From positions 68,338 through 132,337 of the IMG/VR virus record IMGVR_UViG_3300028534_000001: DNA of 64,000 bases; one strand, 5' to 3'. Source of the stretch: a virus (Duplodnaviria; Heunggongvirae; Uroviricota; Caudoviricetes). The notes under the pieces were generated by a model. It searched no databases and was not told the DNA's origin. It saw nothing but the letters and a program-made list of their open reading frames with translations. This document shows positions 60,671 to 64,000 of this stretch, one piece after another (position 1 is the stretch's first letter; each line of letters begins with the position of its first letter). The position numbers were made by a program, and so were the translations under genes.

Positions 60671-61770
60671 AGACAAAGATGAAACATATACAAACTAAAA
60701 CTTTAAAACAAATAATATATACTAATATTGTATTTTCTTTTATTGTTGCATTTGTAATGTTTATATCATTTAATGTTTATGAAGTTTTTTATAATGAGCA
60801 TAATAATATACAAATGATAGAGAAAAAATGGATGGAATATGATTTAAAAATAGGTTGTTATGTTTTTGATTTACATAATGGTTATGTAGGTATTTTTGAT
60901 AAAAAACATAATATAATTCATTATAAACCATTAAAAATAACTAATTTTTATATTACTTATTTATTTATAACTTTTTTAATAAATATATCTTGGATGATAA
61001 AAATTTATGAAATAGTAGCTAAATCAGAAGAAGAAAAATATTTATTAAAAGTAACAAATTTAGAAAGTATGGCTACACAAAATAGTATGAGTGTATTAAC
61101 TGAAAATATTCATCACGAGTTAAATTCACCATTAAATGTTATTAAATTAAAATTTAAAAAAATAACTGAAGAATTAAGTAATAATAAAAAAATGAAAAAT
61201 AATATTGATTTAATCAATATGAGTTTAGATCAAATATCGACAATACTTGTAAATATGTCTGATTTTAAATCTTTAAAATATTCTAATGGTAATAAAACAT
61301 TATATGAAATAATTGAAGGTGCTTTTAGAATGATTAAAGTTGTTTCAGATAATGAATTTGAATATTTTATTGATGAAGATTTTAAAAAATATCATATAGA
61401 CCATTCATATGGTTTAAAAAATGCAGATGTAATAAGTATATTTATAAATTTTATAAAAAATAGTTTAGAAGCTAATGCCACTAATATATGTATAAATATA
61501 GAAAATAAAAAAGGTAATTATTTACTTATTAACATAAAAGATAATGGAAATGGTATTCCTAATGATATGATAAATAAAATTTTTGAACCTAATAAATCAT
61601 CAAAAGATAATGATACAATAGGATTAAGAGGTAATGGTTTATTTTTAGTTCAAAATTTATTAAAAATGTTTGGAGGAGATGCTAAATTAAAAAAATCAAA
61701 AAGAGGTAATGGTACAGAATTTGTAATTAAAATTCCTATTATAGAAAATTCTAGTTACTCAAAGCAATAA
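60667..61770 (+). CDS. Membrane sensor histidine kinase
   Basis: Two TM helices; H box IHHELNSPL, N box FINFIKNSLEA, G1 DNGNGI, F box KIFEP, G2 GLRGNGLF; ATGA overlap with the regulator. Confidence 0.92.
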   Translation: MKTKMKHIQTKTLKQIIYTNIVFSFIVAFVMFISFNVYEVFYNEHNNIQMIEKKWMEYDLKIGCYVFDLHNGYVGIFDKKHNIIHYKPLKITNFYITYLFITFLINISWMIKIYEIVAKSEEEKYLLKVTNLESMATQNSMSVLTENIHHELNSPLNVIKLKFKKITEELSNNKKMKNNIDLINMSLDQISTILVNMSDFKSLKYSNGNKTLYEIIEGAFRMIKVVSDNEFEYFIDEDFKKYHIDHSYGLKNADVISIFINFIKNSLEANATNICINIENKKGNYLLINIKDNGNGIPNDMINKIFEPNKSSKDNDTIGLRGNGLFLVQNLLKMFGGDAKLKKSKRGNGTEFVIKIPIIENSSYSKQ

Positions 61771-62272
61771 AATTTCCAGAAAATGTTTTAACTAATAATG
61801 GTAGTCCAAATTTTTGGATTACTAAATTATCTCTATTTTTCATAGAAACACTTTTACCTTTAATTTTATCAATTTTTTTAACTCTATATTCCCAATTAAC
61901 ATCTTCCCATTTGATTTTTATAATAGGGTCATCATTTTTATCAAAAAAAGATTCTTTATGAACAATTTCAAAATTATCTAATTTTTTAACAAAATAATTA
62001 GTCCCAAAATTTAAATTTGCACTTACAAAAAATCTATATTCATCTAAAAAAGTTAAAACTTTTATATAAGTAATATCTTCATTATTAAAAATTCTACATG
62101 GAAAAATATCATTACCACTTCTTAAAAAAGGTTTTACTAAATGAAAATCACTACCAGGACGAGATTCTAATCCTAAATATAAATTAAATTTCATATTATT
62201 TATACTTCCTCTTTTTTCAATAGCTTCTTTAGTATGTTTATTAAAAAAAATTTTTACTTTATTTTTTATCAT
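61751..62272 (-). CDS. Hypothetical protein
   Basis: ORF convergent with the kinase (20-nt overlap). Confidence 0.55.
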   Translation of the reverse strand: MIKNKVKIFFNKHTKEAIEKRGSINNMKFNLYLGLESRPGSDFHLVKPFLRSGNDIFPCRIFNNEDITYIKVLTFLDEYRFFVSANLNFGTNYFVKKLDNFEIVHKESFFDKNDDPIIKIKWEDVNWEYRVKKIDKIKGKSVSMKNRDNLVIQKFGLPLLVKTFSGNFIALSN

Positions 62273-62295
62273 GATTTTTTCCTTTTTTTAATTAT

Positions 62296-62319
62296 AAAGG
62301 GGATTACATAAAATCCCCT
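62296..62319 (-). terminator. Putative terminator after the parM-parR-like pair
   Basis: AGGGGATT-TTATGT-AATCCCCT 8-bp stem overlapping the stop codon, followed by TT. Confidence 0.5.
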
Positions 62320-62564
62320 AAATCTAATATATCATCTTCTTTCTTTTCTTCTTTTTGTTTAGATTGTTTAGAATTTTCTTTTTTAGGAGATTCTACATTT
62401 AAATTTTCAATTGATATATCTTCTTCTCCTACTAAAATTTTATAATATTCTGTATCTTTTGCTAGTCTAATACCAAAATTGATAATAGATTGTTTATGTA
62501 TTTTATCAAGTTTATCCAAAATTTCTATACTTTTATCATCTAATCCTATTTTTACTTCTGTCAT
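62304..62564 (-). CDS. ParR/StbB-like small adaptor (putative ribbon-helix-helix)
   Basis: N-terminal alternating strand (EVKIGL) and two helices, then a flexible charged tail ending DILDLGDF; directly after the actin-like gene. Confidence 0.5.
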   Translation of the reverse strand: MTEVKIGLDDKSIEILDKLDKIHKQSIINFGIRLAKDTEYYKILVGEEDISIENLNVESPKKENSKQSKQKEEKKEDDILDLGDFM

Positions 62565-62575
62565 AATAATTTCCT

Positions 62576-63526
62576 TTATAATGTATAGTAACCATTAACA
62601 TTACTAAATTCTCTTCTTGGTTTTCCATCAATAATAGTAGAATTATCTAAAATCATATTATCTTTAAGTTTTACACCTTCAAAAAAGTTACTACCACCAC
62701 CAGATAAAATAACTAAATCAGATAATGAAAATACTTTTTTACTTTCTACTAAAACACTTCCAAAAATTTTAATTATAAATTTTCTTTTAGCATCTTTAAT
62801 ATAATCTTCAATATCTTTTTGCTTTTTACCATTATATCTAAAATACCCTTTATATAAAATTTCATTAGCTTCTTGTTCACTAAAAGGGTCTTTAAATTTA
62901 TTTTCTAAATAATCCCTAAATGGTTTAATTAAACTTGATACTCCGTGTCCTGGATATGATTTAGAATTATTTGGAATAAATTTTCCATTTTTCATATTTA
63001 AAACATTGATAGTATTATAACCTATATCAATAATAGCAACATTTAAATCTTTAATATTTTCATTTTCTAAATCTTCTGGCATTTGTCCATTTTTAGCAAA
63101 ATTTAAATAAATACCTACTCCTTGAGGAACAACTTTAACATTAAGATTTATTTCTTCATCATTTACAATAAAATTAGAAATTCTTTCTTGAAATTCATCT
63201 TTTTTGTCCCAATCAACTAATGCTAATCCTGTTCTTACTTCGATAGGAACTTCTTTTTTAACTTCTTCAAATTTGTTTAAAACGTGATAAATAATCAATG
63301 GTGCATATTTATAAAGAAAATCATAATTTGTTGTTGAAAAAGCTTCTGTTTTACCTTCACTCCCTACAACGTATTTTTCCCCTTCAAAGTTATAAACTTT
63401 CTGTTCTCCATATCTAATACCATTATCTGTAAAAAATGATATAGCAGTAGGAAATTTTACATTTTTTCCTTTATAATTTATTTTAACATCTCCATAACCA
63501 ATATCAATAGCAATTTTTTCTGACAT
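62576..63526 (-). CDS. parM: ParM/StbA-family actin-like ATPase
   Basis: IAIDIGYGDVK (phosphate 1), VVPQG (connect 1), IIDIGYNT (phosphate 2), LSGGG (adenosine), NVNGYY (connect 2). Confidence 0.88.
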   Translation of the reverse strand: MSEKIAIDIGYGDVKINYKGKNVKFPTAISFFTDNGIRYGEQKVYNFEGEKYVVGSEGKTEAFSTTNYDFLYKYAPLIIYHVLNKFEEVKKEVPIEVRTGLALVDWDKKDEFQERISNFIVNDEEINLNVKVVPQGVGIYLNFAKNGQMPEDLENENIKDLNVAIIDIGYNTINVLNMKNGKFIPNNSKSYPGHGVSSLIKPFRDYLENKFKDPFSEQEANEILYKGYFRYNGKKQKDIEDYIKDAKRKFIIKIFGSVLVESKKVFSLSDLVILSGGGSNFFEGVKLKDNMILDNSTIIDGKPRREFSNVNGYYTL

Positions 63527-63583
63527 GATTTATTCTCCTTTTATTTTTATAATTATATCATAAATATTTAAAAAAGATAATTT

Positions 63584-63808
63584 TTAATATAAAATTTTTT
63601 CTAATAAAGGTTTTAATTTTTTCATTGCTGATTTTTCAATTTTTCTGATACCTGCAGGTGTCATATTTAACATGTCTGCTATTTCTTTAGTTGAATATTC
63701 TCTGCTTTCTAATAATCCATCGTTAATTAAACAATGTAATATTTCCCATCTTTTACTAGGATTATAATTTTGTGTTAAACTTTTTACTTCGCTTATTGTC
63801 ATATACAT
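63584..63808 (-). CDS. Stand-alone sigma70 region-4-like HTH protein
   Basis: YSTKEIADMLNMTPAGIRKIEKSAMKKLK matches the region 4.2 pattern; only 74 aa. Confidence 0.75.
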   Translation of the reverse strand: MYMTISEVKSLTQNYNPSKRWEILHCLINDGLLESREYSTKEIADMLNMTPAGIRKIEKSAMKKLKPLLEKILY

Positions 63809-63853
63809 ATTTTTTACTCCTTAAAATTTAAATACCTTAAAAAAGGATTATGC

Positions 63854-64000
63854 ATGATTATTAAAACTAGGGGCAAACAAAATCAACTTTTAACATTAGA
63901 AGATTTTTTAGAATTTATAAACATACATAAACCTTCTCCTCTTTTAATCAAATTTTATAATGATCATAAAAATGATGAATTAACATTATCAAATTTTAAA
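63854..64000 (+). CDS. Partial hypothetical protein running off the right edge (not in ORF track)
   Basis: AAAAGGA SD then ATG at 63854; open for 49 codons: MIIKTRGKQNQLLTLEDFLEF... Confidence 0.6.
   Translation, partial: MIIKTRGKQNQLLTLEDFLEFINIHKPSPLLIKFYNDHKNDELTLSNFK

Noticed and set aside
62576-63526. Nucleus-forming (phiKZ-like, PhuZ) phage assignment
   Set aside because: The cytoskeletal gene is actin-fold, not tubulin, and the structural genes are T4-like; no shell protein or multisubunit RNAP recognised in the window
1-64000. Genome-wide stop-codon reassignment as an explanation for the TMP stop
   Set aside because: TAA is the dominant true terminator here, and TAG and TGA also end genes normally; all other genes are intact in the standard code
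1-64000. CRISPR arrays, tRNA or rRNA genes
   Set aside because: No repeat-spacer arrays or cloverleaf-like GC-rich segments seen; all repeats lie within coding sequence. A tRNAscan run would be definitive

Overview
A 64-kb segment of a very AT-rich (by eye roughly one-fifth G+C; not computed) large lytic-type myophage genome with T4-superfamily morphogenesis genes. Almost everything is on the minus strand. Reading right to left: a sigma70-region-4 protein, a ParM/ParR-like actin partition pair, a PolA-palm-like protein, nrdA/nrdB, an AAA ATPase, a two-gene ThyX, fibre and decoration proteins, terminase, portal, prohead protease-scaffold, major capsid, a Hef-like homing endonuclease, neck proteins, sheath, tube, tail chaperone, tape measure, baseplate and tail fibres. 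Two plus-strand islands interrupt this. One is a GH108 endolysin/holin/spanin cassette, implying a Gram-negative host. The other is a three-gene operon encoding a membrane protein, a Cys-rich stand-alone response regulator and a membrane histidine kinase. The ThyX sequence type and the TGnTATAAT promoters suggest a Campylobacterota host (inference). Top observations: (1) a complete phage-encoded two-component system next to an actin-type partition system and a lone sigma region-4 protein; (2) the tape-measure gene is really a 1466-codon frame (22168-17768) broken by one in-frame TAA, which the ORF track splits; (3) a candidate +1 programmed frameshift at the end of the tail chaperone gene; (4) ThyX distributed over two coupled genes; (5) gp5 split around an 899-aa unknown gene. 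All homology calls come from motif recognition only; no database searches were run.
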